From Nemertoderma westbladi (lineage: Eukaryota > Animalia > Xenacoelomorpha), in the NCBI GenBank assembly GCA_032718475.1, contig JAUCBJ010001251.1:1-55348 (forward strand): a stretch of 55,348 nucleotides of DNA, written 5' to 3'. The notes beneath the pieces were generated by a model, which was given only the letters and a program-made list of their open reading frames with translations, did no database searches and was not told where the DNA came from. Position numbers and translations under genes: made by a program. Positions 45,001-55,348 of this stretch are shown piece by piece (position 1 is the first letter of the stretch; each line of letters opens with the position of its first letter).

Positions 45001-47478
45001 ACCTAAACGTGGTCCAAATGGGGACAGTTAACACCGCCACACCTCTTAATCACTTGGAAGAAACACTAGATAGTCATCTCATTACCCTAAGAACAATTCA
45101 CACTGACAACCCAACCCGCACTGGGGGTGTGGCCTGGCTCGCAGACACAGGTGCAAAATGAGACACAGATGCTCTTCGCCATTTTCCCAGACCTAGCTCC
45201 ACCACTGATGTATGCTCGTTTTGTGGATTAGCTCAATAATTCGAATCCTTCTTCCGCGACATTGCTGAGATGATCAGACCATTATCAGCACTAACCTCAT
45301 CCCATGTCCGGTTCCTCTGGGAAGCTGATCAATAAGTTGCATTTAAAAATGTTATCAACATGCTGATATCACCTAGAGTACTGGCAAATTATAGGGAAGG
45401 AGCGCCAATGCGTCTTGAGACTGACTCAGCTCAATCCAAAGGCCTCAGATTTGCCATATGGCAACAGCAGCAAGATGGTGTATGGAAATGTGCTTCAAGG
45501 GCAGTGACTGATGTAGAGAGTAGGTACTCAAGTGACAGAAATCGGATTATTGGGGGTTGTATGGGCCGTGAAGAAGTGTCGCATTTTTTTACACAGAGCT
45601 AGTTTTCGAGCTCATTGTTGACCATAGACCCCTAGTCTCTATTATCAACTCAAAGACCCTAGATCAGATAGAGACTCCAAGAATCATTCGGCTGAAGGAA
45701 AAACTTAGCTTTTATTGCCCAACGGCCATGTGGAGGCAAGGTATCCTACATACAGTGGCTGATGTGTTCTCCCGATTCCCAGTCGATAAACCAGATGAAG
45801 AAGATGAGGATGGAGAATGCGAGGTAGAGGAGTTCGCCATGGCAACTGGAAGAGGGGCCATCGCTGCCATCAATGTAGTGGATGATATCGAACAACAACA
45901 TCCGAATTGCATCAATATCGACCTGTTATGGGCCAAAGTACAAAAAGTAGTGACTACTGATCCAATCTACTGTTCGCTCATCGCTTTAGTAAAGAGTGGA
46001 TTCCCTGTTAACAAAAAACTTTTAGATGTTAACCTACATCTATTCTGGAACATTCGACACAGTCTTTCAGTAGTTGAAGAAGTCATTATGTATCAAGTAT
46101 GCCGAGTTTTAATTCCATCTCCTATGAGAAAGCAAGTGCTTTAAGATCTCCATGCGGCACATCAGGGGAGAGACCTAGTACTTAAATGAGCGAGGCAATG
46201 CGTTTTTTGGCCAGGCATCGTTAATGATGCCACCATAATGGTGGCTAAGTGTAAAGAATGCGAGGTCCACAAACAAAAGTCACCAGAAGAAGCCGCTATT
46301 ACAAGATGTTGTACCATCTTACCCGGGCGAGGCTGTGGCGGCAGACTTCTTTGATCATGCAGGGCGGTCCTACCTCCTCATTACAGATAAACTATCAGGA
46401 TGGCCTGATGTATATGACTGTGGCCGAGGAGGGGTAACCAACACTGTCACTATTAAGAAAGTTTGGATGTGGATGGAATATATGGGTGTTCCAGTACATC
46501 TCACTACAGATGGAGTCCCACAATTCAAGAGCAAAGAGTTCCATCATTTCTGTCGAGAATGGAATATAGATCTTGATCCATCATCCCCCATACCACCCTG
46601 AGTCTAATGGTTATGCGGAATCAGGAGTCAAAAGCATCAAATCCATTATCGAGAAGGTTTGCCATAATGGGGACATAACCACACCATCCTTCACCCACGC
46701 TTTGATCGAATATCGTAATACGCCGAAGTTAGACGGTCTAAGCCCTGCCCAGAGGGTACTCGGACGGCAAATGAGGAGCACTTTGCCGACAGCTCCAGGA
46801 TCTTTTAAACAAATAACAGATTCAGAAGTGGCATCAGCAGGAAGACCACTGAACATCGTGAAAAGTCGAAGCAATCATATGATCGTGGGTCTCGTTCCCT
46901 AGACTTGTTGCACCCGGGTGAAGCGGTCAGGATGCAACATAACAGGACAATTTTATTAATATCTGCAAGCGCGGACGTAGTAACCTTATACGCTGTGAAA
47001 ATCGCCGTACGTATTGGAGGAACCGCCACTTCCTCAGACGAGATATTCCAGAACATGCCGAAGATGTCTCAGAACGGTCCATTCCAACCAATAGGAGAAG
47101 TATACAATCAGATGAAGGAACGGACCAGCAGGCTAAAGAATCATACAGGCTGGATATCAACAATGACGGCCAGGCCAATTCTGATGGATGGAATGCCGCC
47201 GAGGGTGAAGGAACCGCAGAGAACCAGACCGTCTTAATCTCTAATTGTAAACTTGAGGGGAGGGGACATAGTGTAGATTGCAAACTGGAGGGAAGGGGGC
47301 ATAGTGTAGATTGACTAATTAACTCTCAATGATTGACTGCTTTGGTGCTTGGTTTATTAGGTAAGCTATCCAGCTGTTTATAATATAATATAATACAATC
47401 CGTATATACTGATATAGGTGGAGGGAGAATATGACGTTACTTTGTGTGTACAGTTTACATGTGTGTGCTACCGTTATC
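42081..47478 (+). mobile_element. Decayed Ty3/gypsy LTR retrotransposon, most of RT deleted
   Basis: LTR-like repeats 42081-42243 and ~47303-47478; purine tract before the 3' copy; gag (RKQRPGEPITEF), protease WLADTGA, RNase H (RLETDSA), integrase (AADFF, TDGVPQF, HPESNGYAE, YRNTP). The 5' LTR may start near 41907. Confidence 0.88.
43238..44731 (+). mobile_element. RTE-like LINE, 5'-truncated and internally deleted, inserted in gypsy gag
   Basis: RT motifs (VPKKG, FRGISL, QNGFRKG, FVDFFKAFDSV, GVLQGDTLAP); YADD region deleted at ~44140; (TAG)n tail; 13-bp TSD ATGGCTAAATCTA at 43225-43237 and 44732-44744. Confidence 0.92.
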
Positions 47479-47722
47479 ACAACTGACAGACCTCACTCAG
47501 TATGGTAACTGCAACTGCCGTCCAAGTCAGCTGTGACTGTTGACTGCCTTATTTTATTACAGTACAGCAGTAGGCTGGTCCTGGTAGGCCTATCAGCCTA
47601 TTACATCGTTTCATCAAAATCACTCAAAATTGAGAATACCGGTACCGCAGCTAAATAGATACAGAGATCTGGAGATAGGAGGTCCGCAAAGTGGAATAAA
47701 CCTAAAATTATCTTATTAAACG

Positions 47723-48284
47723 ATGGAGGGCGACGACATGGTACTGTTTGCTACTGGAGGCTACGACCACACGATACGTATCTGGCAGATCTTAACAGGC
47801 GCTTGTCTCCGCACGCTACAACACTCGGACAGTCAAGTAAACGCGCTGTGCATCACCCCGGACCGGTGCTCGCTAGCCGCCGCCGGCTACCAACACATCC
47901 GTCTTTACGAACTAATCTCCACGTCCAACCCCAACCCATCGACGAGCTACGACACGCTGACCCGCAACGTAACGGCGGTAGGCTTCCAGACAGATGGTCG
48001 CTTCATGTACAGCACCGGAGAGGACGGGAGAGTCCGCATCTGGGACATACGGAGTCGTGCACCCAACTGTCAACGGTTCCTCGAGATCGGGACTCCGGTT
48101 AACTGCGCCCAACTGCACCCCAATCAGATCGAAGTGTACGCTGGGGATCAGGACGGCTGGTTGCACGTCTGGGACCTTCGGGTTAATGCTGATATCATAT
48201 ACAGACCTGATCCACGCGCGTCCATACAGTCTATCAGTATAGACCCCGCGCAGGCGTCCCAGGTAGCTGTTCTTACTAATAAAG
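47723..48284 (+). CDS. MLST8: Target of rapamycin complex subunit LST8, exon 1
   Basis: ATGGYDHTIRIW, QHSDSQVNAL, AAAGYQHIRLY, LHPNQ motifs; donor AAG|GTGAGT. Confidence 0.93.
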
Positions 48285-49380
48285 GTGAGTCCGAGAGAAA
48301 ATTTATTTGAAGCTGCTACTACTGACAATTAGAATTTGAAATTTGGGCTACGAAATATTGAAAAGTGGAAATATGGTGTTTTTTTATAGGAAGATTTCCT
48401 TGGTAAAATATATGAAAATGTAGCTTTGTTTTAGTGAAAAACACATCATGGAGACTCAGCCCATCATACCCCTACCCCTCCAAGTCATTTAACAAACTCA
48501 CACGAAATTTTTTGAATTATTTTTTTCATTCAAAATTTTTTTCATTCTTTAACTTTATACACCATGCAGTAGGCCACCATGTTATGGCAGGACAGGAGAT
48601 GGTGGCCGTAGTTCACAAAGTTCAGTTACAACTTTTTTATCGAAGGTCGAAGTTTGGCATTAAATTGGGACGCGAAAGTGTTCCATCTATACAGTATATA
48701 GCTTTCAGCGGAAGCAAATACGTTCATAACATTCGATCGTCCATAACTCATATTTCAACCCATATTTTTACTTATTTGGAAATCCTTGCATGGCCAGCTT
48801 TGCTTTCCATTTCTACCAACAAATCTCTATACTGTTAAAAGGTTGAAGAGTAACTAAACTAAATCTGACGTGAAGAATTCCACGTAATTTTCGCTTCAAA
48901 ATTAAATGTTGTGAAATCGCCGTCAACTTCACGTCGAATTCACAACTTATTCTCAACTCAATTTCTGCTCATAGAAGTCAATGTTATATTTTTAATGATG
49001 GATTATTTTTTTTATTGTATTATTTTTATTTAGCATTATTACTGAGAGATACATTTTTTAAACCCTAGTATCAATAAATTCGGACTCACCCAGGAACGAG
49101 AAGCCATTGACTTACTATACTATATCCCAGGACATGGTTGGTTTACTGTGCTGTACGTACGTACATACGGTTACGGTACTACTAGGCCTACTACTTACTT
49201 TTAGTTTACCTTTACAATAATTAATAAATTGATATATCGGTAATAATGTTCGGATTCCATAAGTATTTAACTTACTTTTATTCTCGATTCTAATAAACAT
49301 TTTATTTTAGGTGTTATTATATTTATTATTGTGATTATTGCAATAACGCCACTAATAATAAATAAAAATTTATTTATAAG

Positions 49381-49766
49381 GTAACCTTCATCTGTGGCAC
49401 CGAACTCGGTCTGGCAGAGAGGCACCGGAACTGCACAAAGGTAAGGTAGTGAACGCACACAAGGTATACGGGTTGAAGGTGTCCTACTCACCCGACTCAA
49501 CCCTACTGGCGACCTGCAGTGCCGACAACACGGCCGTTCTGTGGAACACGACCTCCTGGGTGGAGCAATGCTCAGTAAAGACAGCCAATCAGCGGTGGGT
49601 TTGGGACGCGGCCTGGAGCGACGACTCGCGTTACCTGGTAACCGCGAGTTCGGACTGCGTCGCCCGACTGTGGGACTCGGAATCCGGGCAATTGCGTCGA
49701 GAATTCTCCGGACATCAGAAAGCTTTAACTTGTTTAGCATTTAGTGACGTCGGAGGCCAGACTTAG
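49381..49766 (+). CDS. MLST8: LST8, exon 2 (total ~315 aa)
   Basis: Acceptor at 49380 in a compatible phase; SPDSTLLATCSAD, RWVWDAAWS.DS.YLVTASSD, GHQKA. Confidence 0.93.
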
Positions 49767-50182
49767 TTTCTATATTTTGTACTATTTAATTAACTACAGA
49801 CTTATATATAAATTTATTAATTACGGATTTAATTAATTTCAAAAACACAAAGTTAAATCAATGCAATGAGAGTTGGGAGTGGGACCTTGGAGAGAGAACA
49901 CGATAATAGAACCACAAGAAAACCTCAAGAACTAACATTTTGGTTAAGTGTGTGTGATGCGCTTCCAACGTTTTTACTGATAGTCAGACTGACAGACAGA
50001 CTGCCAGGCAGCTGGGGCTTATGCTATGACTTTACACTTCTGTAATCTTTGTGCCAAATTTTTGTTTTTTATTGACAAAAAATTTATTTATAAAAAGCGT
50101 TTGGGTAGAACCTAAACCTACTCTACAATCTTACATTTTGACCATGTTACAATATCTTAAAACTTAATTAATAAGCAAAGAC

Positions 50183-50413
50183 TACTGACCGGACCCATTG
50201 CTCAATTATGGCCTGACCCATTGCCAGGTTAGTATCGGAGCAGGTTACAGAGGCGTGTTGAGGGAACCAAAACAATAAACGAAAGTTAACAAAGTTACAA
50301 GATTATGCAGGTTATTTAATTGTGAAAATAATGGTCCGGTCAATAATAATACACAAGTAAAATATAAATCAAGTATAAAACTTCAATACGGTATTTAGAG
50401 GGTCCGGCCAGTA
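50183..50413. mobile_element. MITE-like element upstream of ACSF3
   Basis: TACTGACCGGACCC...GGGTCCGGCCAGTA inverted ends. Confidence 0.55.
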
Positions 50414-50492
50414 GCCAGTTCTAATTGTATATCTATAGTACATATATGGAAGTATTTTATTGTGCTTATAATAATTGTTTAATATCTTTACC

Positions 50493-51110
50493 ATGGCGCT
50501 ATATAAGTTGAACTTAATGCTTACGAGGCGACTTTCTAGATCGCAAACAGGACATTGCAACTATGGAATTGTACGCAATCCCGATGGCCAATCTGTTACG
50601 TATCCCGAGATCCTGGCCATGAGTCAGCGTTACAGCGCCGCATTGCGGCGGCGCATAGCCCCCAGTCGAGGGCGCAACCCGGTTCCAAACATCGCCATAC
50701 TGACCCCCAACTCGCACAGTTTCCTCGTCGGTTTGTGGGGTGTTTGGTACGCCGGGGCTGCAGTGGTCCCGCTCAGCTATCTCCAATCGCCAACCCAATG
50801 GGAGTACTGCCTTCGAGACTCACGATGCGTCGCTATAGCGACCACCAATGCGTACGCACCGTTGTTAGGTGACGTAGCAAAGACCATGAGCATCCCTTGC
50901 GTCGTTATTGATGATTCTGTGAGACGGGAAGCGGTTGTGGCTCAGTTTACGTTACCCAAATGGCAGGACAGCAGTAACGCGTTGATTATATACACCTCCG
51001 GTTCTACAGGGCCGCCCAAGGGCTGCGTAATAACCCACGGGACTCTTGCAAGCCGAGTGGAGAAACTTGTAAAGGCGTGGAAATGGGAGCAATCAGATTG
51101 CATACTCCAG
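50493..51110 (+). CDS. ACSF3: Malonate--CoA ligase ACSF3-like, exon 1
   Basis: ACCATGG start; basic N-terminus resembling a mitochondrial presequence; AMP-binding motif IYTSGSTGPPKG; donor CAG|GTAAGG. Confidence 0.85.
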
Positions 51111-51230
51111 GTAAGGGTATAATACAAAGTAAATATACTTGTAGCATTTAGGGCAAGTTGTTTCAGAACATTAAAAAAAATCAGTGCAATGTTTAAATTA
51201 CAATATTTTGTTTCTTATTATTGTTAGTAA

Positions 51231-53109
51231 AAAGGCGGGGTGGCTCAGTTGGTTGAGCTTCGGGTAGCAGATAGGAGTAGCGCCCACCCCTACCTTGGGG
51301 TTGCAGATAGGAATAGCGCCCACCCCTACCTTGGGGTAGCAGATAGGAGTAGCCCCCACCCCTACCTTGGGGTTGCAGATAGGAGTAGCGCCCACCCCTA
51401 CCTTCGGGTAGCAGATAGGAGTAGCGCCCACCCCTACCTTGGGGTTGCAGATAGGAGTAGCGCCCACCCCTACCTTGGGGTAGCAGATAGGAGTAGCGCC
51501 CACCCCTACCTTCGGGTAGCAGATAGGAGTAGCGCCCACCCCTACCTTCGGGTAGCAGATAGGAGTAGCGCCCACTCCTACCTTCGGGTAGCAGATAGGA
51601 GTAGCCCCCACCCCTACTCTCGGGTAGCAGATAGGAGTAGCCCCCACCCCTACCTTGGGGTTGCAGATAGGAGTAGCGCCCACCCCTACCTTCGGGTAGC
51701 AGATAGGAGTAGCGGCCACCCCTACCTTCGGGTAGCAGATAGGAGTAGCGTCCTCCCCTACCTTCGGGTAGCAGATAGGAGTAGCGCCCACCCCTACCTT
51801 CGGGTAGCAGATAGGAGTAGCGTCCACCCCTACCTTCGGGTAGCAGATAGGAGTAGCCCCCACCCCTACCTTCGGGTAGCAGATAGGAGTAGCGCCCACC
51901 CCTACCTTCGGGTAGCAGATAGGAGTAGCGGCCACCCCTACCTTCGGGTAGCAGATAGGAGTAGCGTCCTCCCCTACCTTCGGGTAGCAGATAGGAGTAG
52001 CGCCCACCCCTACCTTCGGGTAGCAGATAGGAGTAGCGTCCACCCCTACCTTCGGGTAGCAGATAGGAGTAGCCCCCACCCCTACCTTCGGGTAGCAGAT
52101 AGGAGTAGCGCCCACCCCTACCTTGGGGTAGCAGATAGGAGTAGCGGCCACCCCTACCTTCGGGTAGCAGATAGGAGTAGCGTCCTCCCCTACCTTCGGG
52201 TAGCAGATAGGAGTAGCGCCCACCCCTACCTTCGGGTAGCAGATAGGAGTAGCGTCCACCCCTACCTTCGGGTAGCAGATAGGAGTAGCCCCCACCCCTA
52301 CCTTCGGGTAGCAGATAGGAGTAGCGCCCACCCCTACCTTCGGGTAGCAGATAGGAGTAGCCCCCACCCCTTCCTTGGGGTAGCAGATAGGAGTAGCACC
52401 CACCCCTACCTTCGGGTAGCAGATAGGAGTAGCGCCCACCCCTACCTTCGGGTAGCAGATATGAGTAGCGCCCACCCCTACCTTCGGGTAGCAGATAGGA
52501 GTAGCCCCCACCCCTACCTTGGGGTAGCAGATAGGAGTAGCGCCCACCCCTACCTTCGGGTAGCAGATAGGAGTAGCCCCCACCCCTACCTTGGGGTAGC
52601 AGATAGGAGTAGCGCCCACCCCTACCTTCGGGTAGCAGATAGGAGTAGCCCCCACCCCTACCTTCGGGTAGCAGATAGGAGTAGCGGCCACCCCTACCTT
52701 CGGTAAATAGCAGATAGGAGTAGCGCCCACCCCTACCTTGGGGTAGCAGATAGGAGTAGCGCCCACCCCTACCTTGGGGTAGCAGATAGGAGTAGCGGCC
52801 ACCCCTACCTACGGGTAGCAGATAGGAGTAGCGCCCACCCCTACCTTGGGGTAGCAGATAGGAGTAGCGGCCACCCCTACCTTCGGGTAGCAGATAGGAG
52901 TAGCGGCCACCCCTATCTTCGGGTAGCAGATAGGAGTAGCGTCCACCCCTACCTTCGGGTAGCAGATAGGAGTAGCCCCCACCCCTACCTTGGGGTAACA
53001 GATAGGAGTAGCGCCCACCCATACCTTCGGGTAGCAGATAGGAGTAGCGCTATCGAAAGAGTATCATTAGGGTCGGCTCCGGCTTCGGTCGACTGATTGC
53101 TTTGCTTTG
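51231..53109 (+). mobile_element. tRNA-headed SINE-like insertion with an internally amplified minisatellite, in ACSF3 intron 1
   Basis: A-box TGGCTCAGTTGG at the 5' end; TTGCT-type tail; 11-bp TSD ATTGTTAGTAA at 51220-51230 and 53110-53120. Confidence 0.75.
51258..53050 (+). repeat. 36-bp minisatellite, ~50 units (CCTACCTTCGGGTAGCAGATAGGAGTAGCGCCCACC)
   Basis: Directly visible periodicity; one small indel near 52705. Confidence 0.97.
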
Positions 53110-53543
53110 ATTGTTAGTAAGTTTGTGCGATAAACTAGTATGCTTCTGCATCAATATATGCCATGATTTCAATAACAATTCTGTGTTTTAAGTTTCTTGA
53201 ATTGCCTGTTTTTTGAAAATTTACTGTTAAGTAACTTGGCATATATTCAAAATTATCTGCGTATGTTTATGTTTGCTGGTTAAAGTGTCTAAAGTTGTAA
53301 TTTAAGCATAATAAGTTGTGATCATCAACAACTAATCATTACCTTTACAGCCCAACACAGTATATCGATGCCATGAAGTTCAGTTAGGGGGACAGTAAAT
53401 AGCAGCTGAATGAGAGGGAAAATACAATTATCATATTCAATATCGTTTATTGTTTTGGTTAGAATAGCCTGCCAATGTAACCTGTTCCTTTACCTTAATT
53501 CAAAATTATATTTATATAATTCCATATATTTATATAATTCCAG

Positions 53544-54014
53544 ATTCTACCGCTGCATCATACCAATGGCATCGTTAACACAGTTATTTGTCCTGCAAGT
53601 GTCGGCGCCTCGATCAACTTTATAACGCCTCCTAGCGGTGCTAACTTCCACGCAGAGACTGTCTGGCGCTCTCTTTTATCGCCCCGAGAGAAACAACCGG
53701 CAGTGACTGTCTTTATGGCCGTACCAACGATATTCCACAAGTTGATAAGTTACTACAACTCGCAGGCTGTATCAGATTCCTCTTTAACCTCGGCTGTAAG
53801 ACGAGCGTTCGCCGGCCCCATACGTCTGGTAGTGTCTGGATCTGGGGCCCTCCCTGCCTCCACCTTCTACCAGTGGCAGGACGTCACGGCGAATCAACTG
53901 TTGGAACGTTACGGGTGTACGGAGGTCGGAGTGGCCATATCCAATCGGTTGGAGGGTGATAGACAGCCTGGTTGCGTGGGATATCCTTTAGACGGGGTAC
54001 AAATTAAACTTCAG
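53544..54014 (+). CDS. ACSF3: ACSF3-like, exon 2
   Basis: ILPLHH..GIVN, FMAVPTI, RLVVSGSGALP, LLERYGCTE, PGCVGYPL; canonical phase-0 splice sites. Confidence 0.88.
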
Positions 54015-54055
54015 GTAGATATTAAATCAATGTAGAATGTATCAATGTACACGAA

Positions 54056-54350
54056 GTGGGGCCTTCGCGCAGTGCCTAACATCAACTGATGTTAAAATGT
54101 CAACTCATTAGAATTATTGACTGAATTAGGAGACTGTTGGACTGATGGTGTCTGAAATTCTTCTCTCAAAATTATTAACTATTTGTCCTACATAATTAAT
54201 GCCTACAAATTTTGAGCTCAACAGTTTAAAATCGGTCAAAGTTGTTATCAAATTCGTAACGACGACGACGACAACTATTAGACATTATTGTCCAACCCCA
54301 CTAACAGAGTCAGTTCGCTAAGCCTCCACCATATTCGTGGCTCGCCCCAC
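54056..54350 (+). mobile_element. ~295-bp MITE, GTGGGGC...GCCCCAC family, in ACSF3 intron 2
   Basis: Termini GTGGGGCCTTCGCGCAG and TTCGTGGCTCGCCCCAC. Confidence 0.7.
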
Positions 54351-54679
54351 GACGATTCACAACGGTGAGCCCTATGGTGGGCAATATATTTTACGATGTA
54401 TTACTTATTTTATTTAATCTCCTTGATGTCTAAACAATCTCCGGGAGGAAAATACAGCAAAAACAGCTGATTTCCTGAATAGCATTTGGTATTGACTTTC
54501 GTTTACTATTTTGGTTCGAATAACGTCCCGATGTAACCTTCTCCTTCCCCTTAACTGATAATAAACATGGCAATCCATTATTACCGGTATATAAAGTCCA
54601 TGTATATTGTATAATAATTATTATTGCTTCGCCAGTTGCCATATCATAATATTACTATATATCTATTTTTCATATTTAG

Positions 54680-55195
54680 AAAATTGATGATGATGATTTT
54701 GACGAAGATAAGTTTATGGGGCCTAATACGGGGGAAATTCTTATTAAATCGACGTCCGTGTGCGACGGATATTGGATGCGTGATGACGTCACCAGAGTCG
54801 CATTCGACGCGGAGGGCTGGTACCACAGCGGCGACGTAGGTCGTTGTCTAGACAACGGTGGTTACCAGATACTAGGGAGGCAGGCGGTGGACATAATAAA
54901 GACGGGTGGTTACAAAGTCAGTGCGTTGGATATCGAACGGGTTCTACTGGGACGCGATGGGGTTGGGGAGGCGGTGGTTGTAGGAGTGCCTGACAGCGTA
55001 TACGGGCAGCGTATAGTCGCCATGGTGACCGCGAAGGTGCAAGAGCACCCGCCGTCGGAAGAAGAGTTAATTCAATGGTGCAAGGAGCGGGTGGCTAAGT
55101 ATATGGTACCGCGAGAGGTGATAATTACCGAGGCCATTCCTAGAAACTCCATGGGTAAAGTAAATAAGAGGGAACTTATAGGAAGTTTGAGTTAA
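54680..55195 (+). CDS. ACSF3: ACSF3-like, exon 3 (total ~534 aa)
   Basis: GWYHSGD, ILGRQAVDIIKTGGYKVSALDIE, GVPDSVYGQ, IPRNSMGKVNK; acceptor TTTAG at 54679. Confidence 0.9.
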   Translation, partial: KIDDDDFDEDKFMGPNTGEILIKSTSVCDGYWMRDDVTRVAFDAEGWYHSGDVGRCLDNGGYQILGRQAVDIIKTGGYKVSALDIERVLLGRDGVGEAVVVGVPDSVYGQRIVAMVTAKVQEHPPSEEELIQWCKERVAKYMVPREVIITEAIPRNSMGKVNKRELIGSLS

Positions 55196-55348
55196 TCATA
55201 CAAAAGTAATGTTTTATGTTGATTATATTCTAAACAGTTTGTGGACTGTTGCTGTAGAATGTCATAGTTAATATTGGGTATGATTACTGTATATTGGGAA
55301 TGTATTGCATATGAAACCGTCCCATTTCTCGTACGTATTGAGAGATAC

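Noticed and set aside
47803-48838. Overlapping or antisense ORFs on MLST8 and its intron
   Set aside because: Shadow frames of GC-rich coding sequence or intronic repeat; no recognisable motifs.
51193-53022. Long ORFs of 609, 534 and 488 aa over the 36-bp array
   Set aside because: A stop-free 36-bp unit opens several frames; the array lies in an ACSF3 intron inside a TSD-flanked insertion.
51258-53050. CRISPR-like array (36-bp hairpin repeat)
   Set aside because: No unique spacers, no cas genes, eukaryotic context.

Overview
AT-rich, intron-containing animal (probably invertebrate) genomic DNA dominated by nested transposable elements. Three host genes look intact, all near the right end: intronless ARL16 (-), two-exon MLST8 (+) and three-exon ACSF3 (+). 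Mobile DNA includes an apparently intact 11.2-kb BEL/Pao LTR retrotransposon with 792-bp LTRs that look identical. There are also decayed BEL, Ty3/gypsy, piggyBac, RTE-like and CRE-like elements, several MITEs and tRNA-derived SINEs, EGF/tectonin exon remnants, and two copies of a repeat carrying an ALDH3 gene fragment. Main signals: (1) a ~341-nt hammerhead-ribozyme retroelement in which the ribozyme sits between Pol III A and B boxes, inserted as an inverted multimer with a 14-bp TSD; (2) the intact BEL element has no tRNA-type PBS but an exact 11-nt complement to its own LTR at the PBS position, suggesting Tf1-like self-priming; (3) many 8-bp micro-insertions of the form 5-bp duplication + CAG/CTG (occasionally CCC/GGG), several polymorphic between paralogous copies, that look like excision footprints of an unidentified DNA transposon. 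All alignments and counts were made by eye.
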